From NCBI GenBank assembly GCA_043228905.1, contig JBHGNT010000137.1, positions 4,995 to 68,994 on the forward strand: DNA of 64,000 nt. Direction: 5' to 3'. The notes under the pieces were generated by a model. It worked only from the letters and a program-made list of their open reading frames with translations. It was not told where the DNA came from and did not search any database. The DNA is from Azolla caroliniana. Taxonomy: Eukaryota; Plantae; Polypodiophyta. Below are positions 39,501-51,639 of this stretch, piece after piece. The translations under genes were made by a program, and so were the position numbers. The stretch's first letter is position 1. Every line of letters begins with the position of its first letter.

Positions 39501-39770
39501 GGTGATGGCTGTCAGGTGTGTGAAGAGGGATTGTTGCATTCGAGGCTGTGTCAAGAACGCATAAATCCACGCTTGGTTCAGCTGGGTAAGATCTCCTGAT
39601 GGTAACGACTGAGGAGAGATGTGGTAGGGAGGTGTAAGTTGGGCCTGAAAACTCACAAATGATTGATACAAACTGTTCTCAAAGTCCTCTTTTGCCTCAT
39701 AAGGGGATCTCATCAGTATCTTCCCCTCTTCTGCATCTTGAGGAGGCCTTTGCACCATCTTTGATGTCAT
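36573..39770 (-). CDS. INTS3: Integrator complex subunit 3 (SOSS-A) homolog, intronless, about 1065 aa
   Basis: Conserved motifs IGRDLVRLLQDV, QRRYQAWF, CDLIRFICCVHHPPN.ILQSDIVPRWAVIGWLL, AKLALFYDW, NIMNIEPA. The first ATG is at 39770; the ORF track starts at an upstream TTG. Confidence 0.95.
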   Translation of the reverse strand: MTSKMVQRPPQDAEEGKILMRSPYEAKEDFENSLYQSFVSFQAQLTPPYHISPQSLPSGDLTQLNQAWIYAFLTQPRMQQSLFTHLTAITTDGYACIVSVLLRLVNEHYPKLLDQCRTQLLLLVKQLIALSASEVENLCLSLLRCIIGGDVTQWNVWLSGQVLDMLRNNWTWLIGNPGLLTSALFTFLRLLPDHFMAKNTVLNELRQDEASFCVKILRNCFQECLVIGRDLVRLLQDVTFIPEFESIWKDLLSNPSAFNVSSFTDIAQLYVVRTPTRYLLSRLTMEMESQIRFMLTYVRMGNQRRYQAWFAQRFLSAPGSETLVCDLIRFICCVHHPPNHILQSDIVPRWAVIGWLLKCCKSQHVEANAKLALFYDWFFFMTKTDNIMNIEPALLLMVHSVPKYIDITHSLLEFLFLCLEHYDPSRKDLIARGVVTSVDILVSKGVVRSLEPLACNSHVSPWLREKLVAYFPMYSQAESMEAHKNVKQECVQQEVPDSIPSPLGSIRGVSTVQSESHSRQEKPLSRTVTERDLGEDNSEPGTPTMESNNGMMDNKLHKKRRIDIVTLNDLAKALTRSQEEAAAVLDKLIVSFISDSDSSVTTEGNDDEKTGHAMESAHAFAKKVSDMVKASGHDLFTPLSGYLSDSLENDEIMSVTSAILRRFTQSNHPKLLQLLLAWHTEGYAVGARLLCYICRIAECIDQSNVLTGTELKPDLDALISPKCTKEPHKDNELSSLLEGNESGKASAFSWHKALQVNELPEVGICQNSKVTSKSHLPVVSDAFKSYKVYIKGVYRKKGTFPKPSSCDSKLENGIQTQETRERVDEVEEVLLQDLETCLTWSIQRLLLVIFMVFSHLPDVSGGKKEVIKLLVSVLDPRNLSKLELKLSLKEISVLGKQPDRIADLIKSSVSWDCFEQQYFWRMLVAELHNAVPFLVENLILSCATFLKPLIHSDALSGFLLFLRAQWPTSNLIIILLGLPEDLSLLVAAVFASWVSLDATRFLNCLNAISVEGLQTKEGSANRNFLPLSSFVCFLNNFEGNSSEMDEKKKTELSQIKNTFLELVRR

Positions 39771-40140
39771 GACAAACAGATTCAAAGCACCACTTCATGC
39801 AAGAGCCTCTACATGAGGAAGGACATGGCAACATCTGACAGAGCAGGTTGAGTGGCACGACAAAATCTGCCCATTTTTCAAACCCTGAATCGGTGCTCAC
39901 GTCTACTTCCCATTTACAAAGGAAACAAGCCAATAAGAAATGGCAAACAAATTGCTGTGTCCGAAAGCAATAGCCCTGGTTCCAGCCTAACAGCAATCAC
40001 ACTACATAAATATGCATCTTTCTCTCATATATATCTATCCCTTTTTCTCTCAACTTACCGAAGGCCAGGACGAGAAGTGAAGAAGAAGAGCTCGTGCAGA
40101 GAAAGAAGCCGCTGGAGCTGCAGAGCAAGGAAGAAAGCAT

Positions 40141-40168
40141 AATATACATACATATATATATGTATGTA

Positions 40169-40203
<35 letters not shown>

Positions 40204-40236
40204 ATGTATGTATGTATGTATGTATGTATGTATGTA
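40141..40236. repeat. Compound (TA)/(TG)/(TATG)n microsatellite upstream of INTS3
   Basis: Direct observation. Confidence 0.9.
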
Positions 40237-40960
40237 GCTATGTATATGTATATGATGAGTATTTTGGTTCATGGGGGAAGGGAGGTTAATTATAGGTGAG
40301 GCCTCTAAGTTCCCAGAGACACATATGATGCCCAAAATCTAGGTGGGCAACCCTTGGAGTCTATCTGTCCTCTACACACACACACATGCGGAGATTTCAT
40401 TGTATGCTCTTTGTTCCATAATGTATACTTTACTAGACAACTGATCCATCAAGTGATTTCTTTGTTCATGTGTGCAATGCTGAAAATTAAGAAATGTAAA
40501 CAAATCTTTAGTGCATGCACCACATTGAGTCGAGTAGCAAATGGTTAGGCCGAAGACTTTGAATGTACAATTATTGTATCAAATATCCAAGTCAATTTTT
40601 GAGAGAGTGATATATGGACACGAATAGGGTAACATATGCATACCATCCACTACTATCTTTTTATTGTCACTTCCATCATGAGTTGTCTTATGCCTCTTGT
40701 TCAAGCTCACAACCATGTCCAATATGTATGACCACAAAAACCATGTTCATGGTATGGGGCACAACCATCCTTCCTACTAGCAAAAGCCATTGTTTAGATT
40801 GTATCAATCTCATTTGTTTAGTTCTTGTCGTGAATTTGCAAGATCTAGGTGATATCTCAAGCTCAACTTGGCAAATATGTAAGTTACATTGTATTGAACA
40901 TTTATTTATGAAGATGTGTTGTTTTATAAATTGATGTGGAATTGTGTTCATGAATCATAC

Positions 40961-41244
40961 CATAGTATGTAAAATTTGTGTTCGTCTAGCATAACATTCG
41001 TTTTCCTACGTTGGAAAACGAATGCGAATGTTATTCAAACATTCTTGTGTTTTTTGTTTTAGTTTTTTCCCTATTTTTTTAATGTTTTTTTAGTTTTTTT
41101 CCATTTTTTAGGCTTATTTACCTCAAAATAATTAGTTGATCCAAAATATGGTATTTGTCATTCTTTGAGGGTGTTTTTCTTACGCGAATGATTGAAACAT
41201 GAGTGAATGTGAATGCACGTATGGTATGTATGGTACATACTGTG
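40961..41244. mobile_element. Non-autonomous hAT-type element (MITE), 284 bp
   Basis: TIR CATAGTATGTA / TACATACTGTG (1 mismatch). Perfect 8 bp TSD AATCATAC at 40953-40960 and 41245-41252. Confidence 0.85.
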
Positions 41245-44200
41245 AATCATACATATATGGCCATCTCTTGGCTTGTCTAATTATCCCACCTTGAACGGGA
41301 AGAAAGAAGTGTCTCCTACGCTAAATAAAGAAACCTTCAAGCATTGGTTTAGCATTTTAACGCCACTAATGAATATTTCTAGTCAAATTTCCCCCACTTT
41401 TGGTGCGTCATTCATGGCATTGTACAAAATAATAAAAGTTGAATCTTTTCCGAATATTTCTTGTTCTCTTTTTAATACTTTTCATAATTTGTTCAGATGT
41501 TCATGGCAATGCAAACAAGAATTTCTTAATCATTCATGATCTACTATGGAGTGTAGTTTCCTATTTATTGAACATTCGAACAAAGAGGATATATCAATGT
41601 TGTAAAAAATAAACAAGCTAGCTCAATAACGTACTTATAGGTTGGGAATAATGAACATTGGGTGAAAGTATATTGGTTTCAACATTTTGCCTACGAAAGT
41701 TGAAGATTAATTTTCCCCTGCAATTTGATGGCACACCATTTGAATTAAAGTTGGTTGGTAATACACATACCCTCTCGTAGATATATGATAGGTCAAGCTA
41801 AAGTTGGCTTTGCTATATCTCTTCTTGTGAGACCAACTCTTTAGAGAATTGCTATGTTGCTCAAAAAGGACCTTCGCAACTGAGAGATTTTATCACCTTG
41901 ACAATAAATATCAATGCCTATGTTGAAAATACTAATAAATATCAATCATCAAGCGAAGCAATCATCGAGGATTGTGTCCAAATTAAGTTTATGCATCCAA
42001 GTTGTAGGAAATTGTCTTGATACTATCTGGGATAATATTGCCCTCTATGATTGTTTTGAAGGGGGCTTTGAGATGATGTCAAATTCCCCTTATTCCAATG
42101 AACTCACGATCCTATAAAGTTTATTAAGTTTGTTGTTTAGTGAGATCAATTTACTATTCATGCATCAATAGGGTCCAACATCAAATTCAATTCCACATAT
42201 AGTCGGCCCCATGGTCCAATTCCAATGAATGTGGATCATTTGGTTAATGGGATCTTGAACATCTAATTAAGGAGAATAACGAGGGGGGGGGGGGAGAGAG
42301 AGAGAGAGAGAGAGAGATTAGGAAAATAAGGCTTTAGGTAAAAGTGAGAAGATCAAGGTTAAGTGGGAGGAGTTTTAACGATTGGCTTTTATACTTCCCT
42401 TAGATTTTAGTTTCTTTGTCCTTGGGGCTCACAAGTTTCCCACATTTTTCTTCTTCAAGGGTACCTATGTCAATGCTTGTGTGTATGACCAATGCTTAAC
42501 TTCCACTTGAACTCCTTAAGGAGTCCATACAATGGTCTTGCTTCTCAACGAAGATTTTAATGAAGTGTTGAAAGTACACAACATAGTCTGTAAATTCCTA
42601 TCATAGCTTCTCATTAGCATAAGGGATCAAGTCTAAAGTTATTTTTACTCTCACGTCATCAGTAGAGATTTGTTTCATGATGTGCTACAATATTATCCAT
42701 GCTTATCTCAAATTTGGCATTTGAGTGTGTTCAATTATAATTGATTCAAAAGTTCCCCTTAGAAGGGTGAGGTGTTCCATCCAAGTCGAGTTGTGGCATA
42801 TGTCACATACATAATACCTAACTCTATCTAAGTTCATAAGGTTGGATGAGAATATATGATCAATGCCTCTCTCATAAGTTCCTAACCCACTCGCCAACTT
42901 GGATGACATTTGTTAGTAAACAGACTTGCCAAATTCAATGCAAAGGTATATTGATGTTGATCCATTTATATAACAACTATTTAACTATACTCAAAGAGTC
43001 CATCAATAAGGTTGTAAGCTACATTTCACACTTCCCAATTTAATAGATGCTCTATGGATAAATCTATGTATGCATATTTGGATTTTACAATTGTTCATGG
43101 GTGGGCAAGCAGAGTGCTCTATACTTTGAGCATCTTCTTTATTTCATCCTTGATTTGTTGGCCTTATTGACCATTCATCAACCACGGTTTCTCCTAACTA
43201 CCCTTGCATCCCTTCACTTAGGAGTTGCATACATCACTACTTCGGTTGACACTATCTTCATGTCTATGTAGCTCCATGGAAATGTGCCCATGAATTCCTT
43301 GAGGATTAAGATTAGAGAAACCTCCTCTTCAGGTAGATCTTCGACAAGGAGGGAATCAAATTACACCACTTAATTAGAATGATGACATGTATCTAAAAAA
43401 CACAAATAAGCGAAAGTATTACACACAATGCACAAAACAACAAATTTACATCTTTGAGATCAATTATTATTTCCCGTTTCCATACATACAATTGTCCATT
43501 TCCTCTTTCAAAATTCTTCATCTTACCCCACGATTTTGGGTCAATGCAATATCACCTCTACAAGGATGGAAACAAGAGGCTTTGAGGATGGTTTGGCCTA
43601 GGCAAGGATGAACTCAATGAGAAAGATATGAAGTCAAACATGATTCAAATTTGACAAATTCAAGAAAATAGAAAGGAATGTATGGATCCAACATTTAGAA
43701 CTCAATTTTCGTCGAGAAATGTTAATGTGTTCAAATGTATTTATAAGTTATTGGCAAGTGACAAACTAATACTATGACCCTTACAAGAGTAACAATCAAC
43801 AACAAATCCTACTTTCAAAAACTCTAAGATATGGTGTAGTCTTTCTGGCGATAGCAAGGTCAACAAAATGCAAAGCTTTACAACAACAATTACTTGGGTG
43901 GACATGGTGAGGCCTTGTTGGAGATGGTGAGATAAAAAAGATGCAATAATTACAACTAGGGGGGTGTTGAAAGAAGAAATGGTAATGAGATTTGTCGGCT
44001 CCAAGCTTGCCAAAACCAGCAATAACATGTTACTAAAGGGGTTTTAGGTCAATGCCTAAGTTGGATGAGATAGCAAACGCTCAAGAAGCTGAAGACCATG
44101 GTCCCTCTAGCATAGTAACGGCATAATGGATGTGTGTGTGTGTGTGTGTGTGATAGAGAGAGAGAGAGAGAGAGAAGGATGGATGTGCTCAACCCTGCAT

Positions 44201-44391
44201 TCCACAATGGCATTACCACTAGGGTAAGTTACGATATTAAAAAAAATACAGAAATTCATATCCATTTGTGTATATCGGATGCTTATTAGTAAATTCCTGT
44301 ATATCTATGTGCTTGGTCAAAGTTGAGGTTTTTAATTTCAAAAATACCAAATCAGAAACAAATCTAGCAATATATGCTTTTACTTATATCA

Positions 44392-44502
44392 ATTAGGAAA
44401 GATAGCTCACATTCTAATTACCTCAATTAGGAGAGAAACCCCACTTTCTAATTACCTCAATTAGGAGAAACCCCACTTTCTAATTACCTGACTAGGAGAG
44501 AC
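44392..44502. repeat. ~33-35 bp minisatellite x3 with internal palindrome
   Basis: TTCTAATTACCTCAATTAGGAGA(GA)AACCCCACT repeated. Confidence 0.85.
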
Positions 44503-44897
44503 GACCCGCTTTCAATGCAACGGCATAATTTGCTTCTAATTGACAAAATTAGAAATGTGTACATTCTAAATTAAAGAATTGACCTCATATAATTGGATAT
44601 TGTAATTAAACGAAGGTGATTTTCTAATCGTTGTACATTAACCTCATATAATTACACGCTTAGTGTTAGTTTCAAATGTTATCAGGAGCCTCTCAGTTTG
44701 AATCCCATAACCAGCATTTGCTGATGATGATCGTGGCGATGACAAATAAGTTTGAACGCCATAAGCAACATTCGCTGAAGATGATAATGACGACCACAAT
44801 TAGGACGACAATGATAGCCACGATGATGATGTGCAGAATATATATTACATTTTCATTAATCGGAACTACACATTGGAGAGATGGTTTTTTGGGTTTG

Positions 44898-45400
44898 ATT
44901 CGTCCTTCTTGAAAAGTCAGAGAGGTTGTTGTCTCCAACCACAATCCATCCATGAAAGAAAGAAACCCCTTCCTGAAATATGACAACAATGGAGTAATAA
45001 CAACTGCCAAGGTTTCCAGACAGGTATTGCAGCACAAATATAGGAAAACGATGCAGTGGAACTCATCAAACCTGTGCTCGGGAATCAAAACCAAATGAAG
45101 AAGAAGTGACCGAACTTTCAACAGTTCTACGACTTCCTGAAGAAGAAAAAAATATTTTATGTTACATTAATTCATCCTCCTTGAGAAGCCAGAGAGGTTT
45201 TCTCCTACCACAATCTGTAAAGACTCCTTCATCCATGAAAGAACGAAAGAACCCCTTCGCCGAAATATGGCAACAGAGTAATGACAACTGACTGCCATGG
45301 TTTCCAGACAGGGATTGTGGCACACACAAAAAAAAGGATTTAGCTGAGTCCATAAAAACCCTGTGATGGGCTTTCAATAGTTCTATGTCTTCGTGAGAAG
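44898..45400. repeat. Diverged ~270 bp tandem duplication downstream of the minus-strand gene
   Basis: CAGAGAGGTT..ACCACAATC..ATCCATGAAAGAA..GAAATATG.CAACA..GGTTTCCAGACAGG occurs twice. Confidence 0.8.
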
Positions 45401-45479
45401 CAAGGAGGATCGAGTGATAAGTCATCTATGTTACATCGAAACATACATGCAGTAGAGTTCTCGTGTGTAAAAACATCCC

Positions 45480-46498
45480 CTAATTGGATGGTTTCCATGG
45501 CTCAGAATTACATCGTTGCAACCGCATTACGGTCTTCCTCTGGGATGTGACCGAGCGGGACCGGATGAACTCCGCATTGCCAGCTTGAAACAGCTTCAAG
45601 TACCGTCTTCCCGCCTCATTGAAGCCAGCCACTTGGAAGGCTCCAGCAAACAGCTTCTCCCCACTTGCAGGGGCAAGCTCATGGCTGGCAGCATTCTCAT
45701 TCAGATCATAACCCACCACAATTAGCGTGCCAAACGATTTCGCAAGATTTTCATAAAGATCTGTATGGTCAAATCTCTTTTTGTCCAAGTCTCCGCCATC
45801 ACTGTCGGATCCAGGCTTTTTGGTTTTTGTGGGATGGCTTCTTCTGGAATCTGCGGTCGATCCCAGAAAGAATATCTTCTTCTTCATCATCGTGGTTGTT
45901 GTCTTCTTCTTCTCAGCATCCTTCGATTGAGTTCCCGAAGGTTCTATGGTATGAGCTTCCCCATCACATGAAGCTCTCTGCAGGCATTGGGCAATTGCCT
46001 TAGCATCTTGGTCAATGGAGGAAAATGCTGAACTTCTGAGGACTTGACCCTCTTGGGCCAGCGGCACTTCGTCGTCCTCCTCCATACTACGGTCGGGCAA
46101 ACATGGCTGGGCGCGCGCAGCTCCAGCTCTTAATCTCTCGCCATCTCTTGCCAACCATGTCTCAGGGACAACTTCTAAAGAGACTTTCAAATCCTGTATA
46201 TTGCAGATGCCTGACTGAAGAGGAGGCAACTGTTCATAAGTAGACTTGTGTGCCACACCATGTTGTGCAGAGGTTGGAGGCCCCCCATGGAGCTTGGAAG
46301 AAGGCATTCGACCTTGTCCTGCAGGGATAGCATTTCTATGACATCTCATCTCTGCATTGTTAGCAGAAGAAGAAGTAGAAGAGGCAGATATCTGGGATGG
46401 ACCCCCATTCATAATCCCATCCCATCCTCCTCCTCCTGCATACTGATGATGTTTACGGAAAACTGTAGCCCACAGGCTTCGCTTACTATCTTGCATAT
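45480..46498 (-). CDS. Uncharacterised plant protein, exon 2 (C-terminal LQRCxSEP motif)
   Basis: Acceptor TGTTTGTGTCAG in phase 1 joins exon 1 to give GHE-D-MQDSKRSLW. The protein ends MRLQRCNSEPWKPSN; spliced length about 557 aa. Confidence 0.75.
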
Positions 46499-46653
46499 CT
46501 GACACAAACACATGGGCCAAACAAACAAGAAGAAACCTCAACATGGGACGTAGAAATAGCCGCATATTGCTAAGCAGAAGCAGAAAATAACCAGAAAAAA
46601 GGCAGAAGAGAAACACTGGAAAAAAAACAGAAAGAAGGAATGGGAGATCTGAC

Positions 46654-47308
46654 CTTCATGACCATGGCCTGCAGAAGAGGCAGAGCTAACCTTGCGTGGC
46701 GAGGCAAAGAAGGAAGTCCATGTGGAATGTCTGCCTCTTGCAGGGCTCATGAAGAATCGAGCAGGGGATGAGGAAATGGCGGCGGCTCCTGACGACCCAG
46801 ATTCTCTAGATGCTCCTGATGCCATTGATGAAGATGAGGAGGGCCCTTTGGACATGGCCTTGTTGGACCTGCAAGGCTTAACCTGGCCGATGCAAGAAAC
46901 TGTAGGAGAAGTAGGGTCTTCTTCATCCTCCTTTGCTTCTTCATCTGCTCCTTTTTCTCCTTCTTCTTCTGTATATCTTCCTCTCCCTCCCTTAGCCCTA
47001 GCGGAAAACAAAGCAGTGGACCTCTGCCCACCGCCTTTCTTCTTCACCATGCCTTCCCTCGCTGGGCTGCGTAATAGTAACGGGGAAGAAGTAAACCAGG
47101 AAAGCTTCTCGCTTGCACTTCTCTGCACGGGGTCAGGGACAGGGACAGGGACCTCTGTGCATTTCTTCTTCCTCCTCGACTGCTGCTGCTGCTGCTTCTT
47201 CTTCTGTGATTCCTTGTTACCATTGCTCATCAAAGTAGTCTGATCATGAAGGGCTTGCAATGCGCTGCTCCGATATCTATCATACTGCCAGTGCTCTTCT
47301 CCAGCCAT
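46654..47308 (-). CDS. Uncharacterised plant protein, exon 1 (DPTSPTVSCIGQVK motif)
   Basis: The EPTSPKVxCxGQV-type motif is typical of plant-specific, largely disordered proteins of unknown function. Donor AAG|GTCAGA, followed by a U-rich intron. Confidence 0.78.
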
Positions 47309-47456
47309 GGTTCCAATCAGAGCCTTTGCGTGAGTGTGAGTGAGTGTGTGTGTGTGTGTGTGTGTATGAGACAGATAAAGAACCGAAGGGGAACAGTAGA
47401 AAACTAGGGTTTCCAGGCTGCCAGGAATGTAGGAGGAATGTTAAACTTCAAGGGTC

Positions 47457-47491
<35 letters not shown>

Positions 47492-47879
47492 CACAGACAG
47501 AAAGAATCTACCATGAATGTTGTTCTCGTTCAGGCTGCAGTTCTTCTGATGACTGACTGATTGACCTACTGGCTAATGGACTGACTGATGATACAGTCTG
47601 TGGATATGGCGGGGAAGGAGATGGAGGGGGTGGAGTAGAACTGACAGGCAGGCAGGCAGGCAGGCAGGCTCTGGAGACTGGACAGAGAGCAGAGCAGAGA
47701 GAGCAGAGAAAGTCAAGCTTCGTTTTGAACAGAGGAAAGCTCTGTATCTCAGACTTGCTCATACATTATATATATAATACATATGTATATGTACATTCAT
47801 AGAAAACCCAACACAGACATAATATAATAAACACAGAGAACAGAGATGCATAATGACTTCGTTAAGATTTGAACACAAG

Positions 47880-47881
<2 letters not shown>

Positions 47882-47939
<58 letters not shown>
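47882..47939. repeat. (CT)n microsatellite
   Basis: Direct observation. Confidence 0.95.
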
Positions 47940-47945
<6 letters not shown>

Positions 47946-48005
47946 TAAAGCCATTATTACACATGAAGACGGTGAATAAAGGGTAAATATATGTATTCCC
48001 CCATC

Positions 48006-48375
48006 AACACCCCCAAAGTCTCCCCCTCGTCATCATCGGTTCGTTCGGTCCGGTCCGGCCTAGGGCCGGGTCGGGTCGGTTCAAGTCTCGTCCAATCACT
48101 CGCTCGTCTCTCTCACACCATCCATCATTCATTCGTTGAACGAGTCCGACACATGTCTCCCTCTCACACACATACATCATCCTCCCCCCCCCCCCCCCCA
48201 AGACCCTAAACACCCCAAAGTCTCTCCTTGTCATCGGTTCGGTCCGGCCTAGGTCGGGTCAGTTCAAGTCTCGTCCGATCACTCACTCATCTCTCTCACA
48301 CCATCCATCATTCATTCATTGAACGAGTCCAATCACATGTCTCCCTCTCACACACATACATCCCCCCCACCCCAT
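48006..48375. repeat. ~200 bp GC-rich tandem duplication
   Basis: AACACCCCAAAGTCTC..CGGTCCGGCCTAGG..GTTCAAGTCTCGTCC..CTCTCTCACACCATCCATCATTCATTC..CATACATC occurs twice. Confidence 0.9.
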
Positions 48376-50852
48376 TCATTCACACTCGTCTGTATCCCCA
48401 AGCCTCAACTCCTCGATTATATTTCATCTGTCCTTTAATTTCGTATTTTTGAAAACCCTCGAGAGAAGGGGAGGCGGGGCGAAAGGAAAAGCATGATCAC
48501 GTTTTTTTTCTTCACTACATATGTCATCGCATGCTCCCTTTCGTTACACTTTTCATTGGGTGATGAGAGTTGCATCCACACGACACCTTCTTTTTATAAA
48601 TAGACGAACGTGTCTGTCTGATTCAAATGTGTCATGTACCGATCAATTCCTCTATCCTACACCATTTTCTAGGATTAATTTTCAAACGCAAAGTCTACAA
48701 TTGGATCCATATCTGTACTTTTGATTGCTTAACTATCGTTGGATTCTCATTAGATTTGTGAAATGATATAAACTTTTGTTCATCCCAAAAAAAGATTTCT
48801 CTCATCGCAGCCCATTCTTATTAGGTAGAGGAAAATGCTTCTTTTTTTCCACCTTCGGCCCCACCATTTTCGTGCAAACATATTGGTTAAGAATGACAGA
48901 AAAACCTCTCTGATGAAAAAGATGTCACTTTTTGCTTTGATTTGCTGTTTATGTGGAGACCAGAGTTTTAAACATAAAAGGGTCAAATATTTGTGTGAAA
49001 AGCAAAACATACTTCTATGAAAAAGGCTAAAAAGTGTGGGGCATGAGAGTAGAAGAAAATGTGAATAGAGAGCAGATGTGTAAAGAGACATAGACTATGT
49101 CTGCATAATGATTGATCGTGGAAAGCCTAAAAAGCAATCAACTTTCTAACTGTGATGTGAAAGGAGCCTTAATCTATGTTGTCATCATGGTACATCATGC
49201 AAAAGGTTTAAACTATGCCAATATCATGGTAGATCATGGTTATGTTATAAATCCCAATTGCATCCTTTCCTTTAATAAAATGTAAAACACCTTACCATGA
49301 ATCGTGTTCACAAAGTATACTTCTTGCATCGCCTCCCCACATCTCTCTTGAGTACATATTTGCATTGAGCCAATGTTACAGTTCACTTAAATAAACGAGA
49401 TGAGAATGTTCTTTGTTATGTGTTTATCAAAACCCAAGATCCTCACCAATTTGCCATGAAAACTTTCCTAGTGATATTTCCCTAGTTTCACAACCTTCAT
49501 AATGACTTTCAAGTGGTACTTTACGTCTCAATTTGAAACATGCAATTGTATCTCTTGTTTGCCCATGCAAGTTATCTTCTTAGATTTTAGAGAGAACCTT
49601 GCATTTCAATAGTATAAATCTCGAGGGACTATAGTAGTTGCAACTTGCGGCTTATTGATATGGTTTGTCTTACTTGCAAGTTTTTCATGACCCCCCTAAT
49701 GTGAAATGACTAACACATTAAATGAGAAGTGCCAAAGAAGGAAAGATGGAATCTATCTTGTAGCTTCCCTAACTACCTATTAAAATTTTATCTTCCAAAT
49801 CCAATAAACGTGTGGTTGAGTATAAACGGCCCATCATAGTAATTGTACTCGTAATTCTGTTTTCAATGGGAGAATAACAAAATTTTAATCTACGCTCGAT
49901 TGAAAGGTATTGTGGCCAACAAACAACAATAGTCGGCTTATGAAATCACATATATTGTTGATGTCATGATGCATGTGGTGGACCAAAATTTGACCAATCT
50001 TGAAGAAACTAGGTACACATTTGAAATCTAGATCAATCACCTAATGGGATCCATGTTATTAAGTCGTGAAAATCCAGTGTATGCGTTTGGATATACACAA
50101 GTACGAATTTGGCCTGGATTTTCTAATGTAATAAAGTGAAATATTCATATAAAACAAAAACCCACCAATGAAACAATTGAACACATTTTTACATTAGATA
50201 TAGAGATATTACATTATGGATCATGAATTATCTCATTGTCATAGATAATCATACAATTGACAAGTACATATATTCTTCATAGTTTAGAGATAGAAGTTAT
50301 GATTATGATAAGTTAGCATGTCAAAATATTTGATATGAAATGTTATTTGAGAGCGAACATATGTGTAAGTTTCCATTCCAATTTCTATATTATTTTTCCA
50401 TAAAGTTATTATTCAGAATATATGTCAACCTTGTAAGGAGCGTGACTTTTTTTTCCCAAAGAAAAGGAGCGTGACTTATTCGTTTGGTTCTTCAAAAATA
50501 AGGGGGAATACAATTACTCTTGGATCTTGGAAGTTTCTTGGTTATGTATTATAATAGTTCAAAAAGAGTGGTTGTGTTTCTAGGACATATGCACCTCCAC
50601 ATTTATTGTTGTTGGCATAGCGACCGGTTTTTGGAGAAAATATTGGCATATAAACTCTTATCACAATGATCACACCCCTTTATAGAAAAATTTAAAAAAC
50701 GTTATAATGCCATTGAGACTATCACAAATGTTGACTATTATGACAAGCAAAAAATCAACAAGAAACTGCAATGTGATTCCTAGTTTTATGCATGTTCCAA
50801 TATTGTTGGGGTAGAAATCAACAAATTCCCACAACAAAGGGAAGTTGTCATT

Positions 50853-51131
50853 GAGAGAAATTGAAGGAGCAAGATAGCACTAGTGGCATGCATTCAATCC
50901 TCTATAATAAATTCTATCAATGTACAATTTAATGTGTATGTAGCTACACTATGAAGGGTTTGCATGTGTACATCAACAATGTATCACAACAAAGAGAAGC
51001 ATATAGGTAAATATGTAGAGAAATTGAAGAAATAAGATAAAATGAGTGTCATGGCATCAACCCTTGATAAAAATTCATATCCATTTGCAAATTTAACATG
51101 TATGTATATGACCTATAAAGGTTTTTCACGT
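50853..51131. repeat. Diverged ~165 bp tandem duplication
   Basis: AGAGAAATTGAAG..AAGATA..AGTG.CATG..AAATTC..ATTTAA..TGTATGTA..CTAT.AAGG occurs twice. Confidence 0.6.
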
Positions 51132-51639
51132 ATTTAAGTATACAAGGGTGATTAAGTGACAGACAATGTGTGCTTCAGTGAGTGACGAAGATGACATTAA
51201 CAAACCTATCGAATAGAATCTATGCAAACAAATTGGACTACACAACAAAGATATACACTATAGTAAAGAATCGTAACATGATTATAGCTTAGGAATTATT
51301 TAATGGAGATGCACATTGCAAACACATGTGCAACATTTTATGTATTTGTGTGTTGGGAAACACATATATTTGCATCTCCACTATATCTATTATCATCCCT
51401 AAGCTTAACCGACCTCAAATCTCCAAAGTATGGTTGTCAGGCCTACCAAATCACTCAACTAATGCATTAACCTCTCAACCACCCCCTTCGTGTCCTATTG
51501 TTTTGCACACCAACCACATTGCATGCTCGTTTCCTCTTTATCCCAAAACTTGCATGAACATAAATCAAAGAAATACATATTTCTTGGACATGTTGAGGAA
51601 TGTGAAATGGGCCATCTCTCATGTGATTTAAAACCACAT

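Noticed and set aside
44392-44502. CRISPR-like palindromic repeats
   Set aside because: Units are head-to-tail without unique spacers, there are no cas genes, and the context is eukaryotic.
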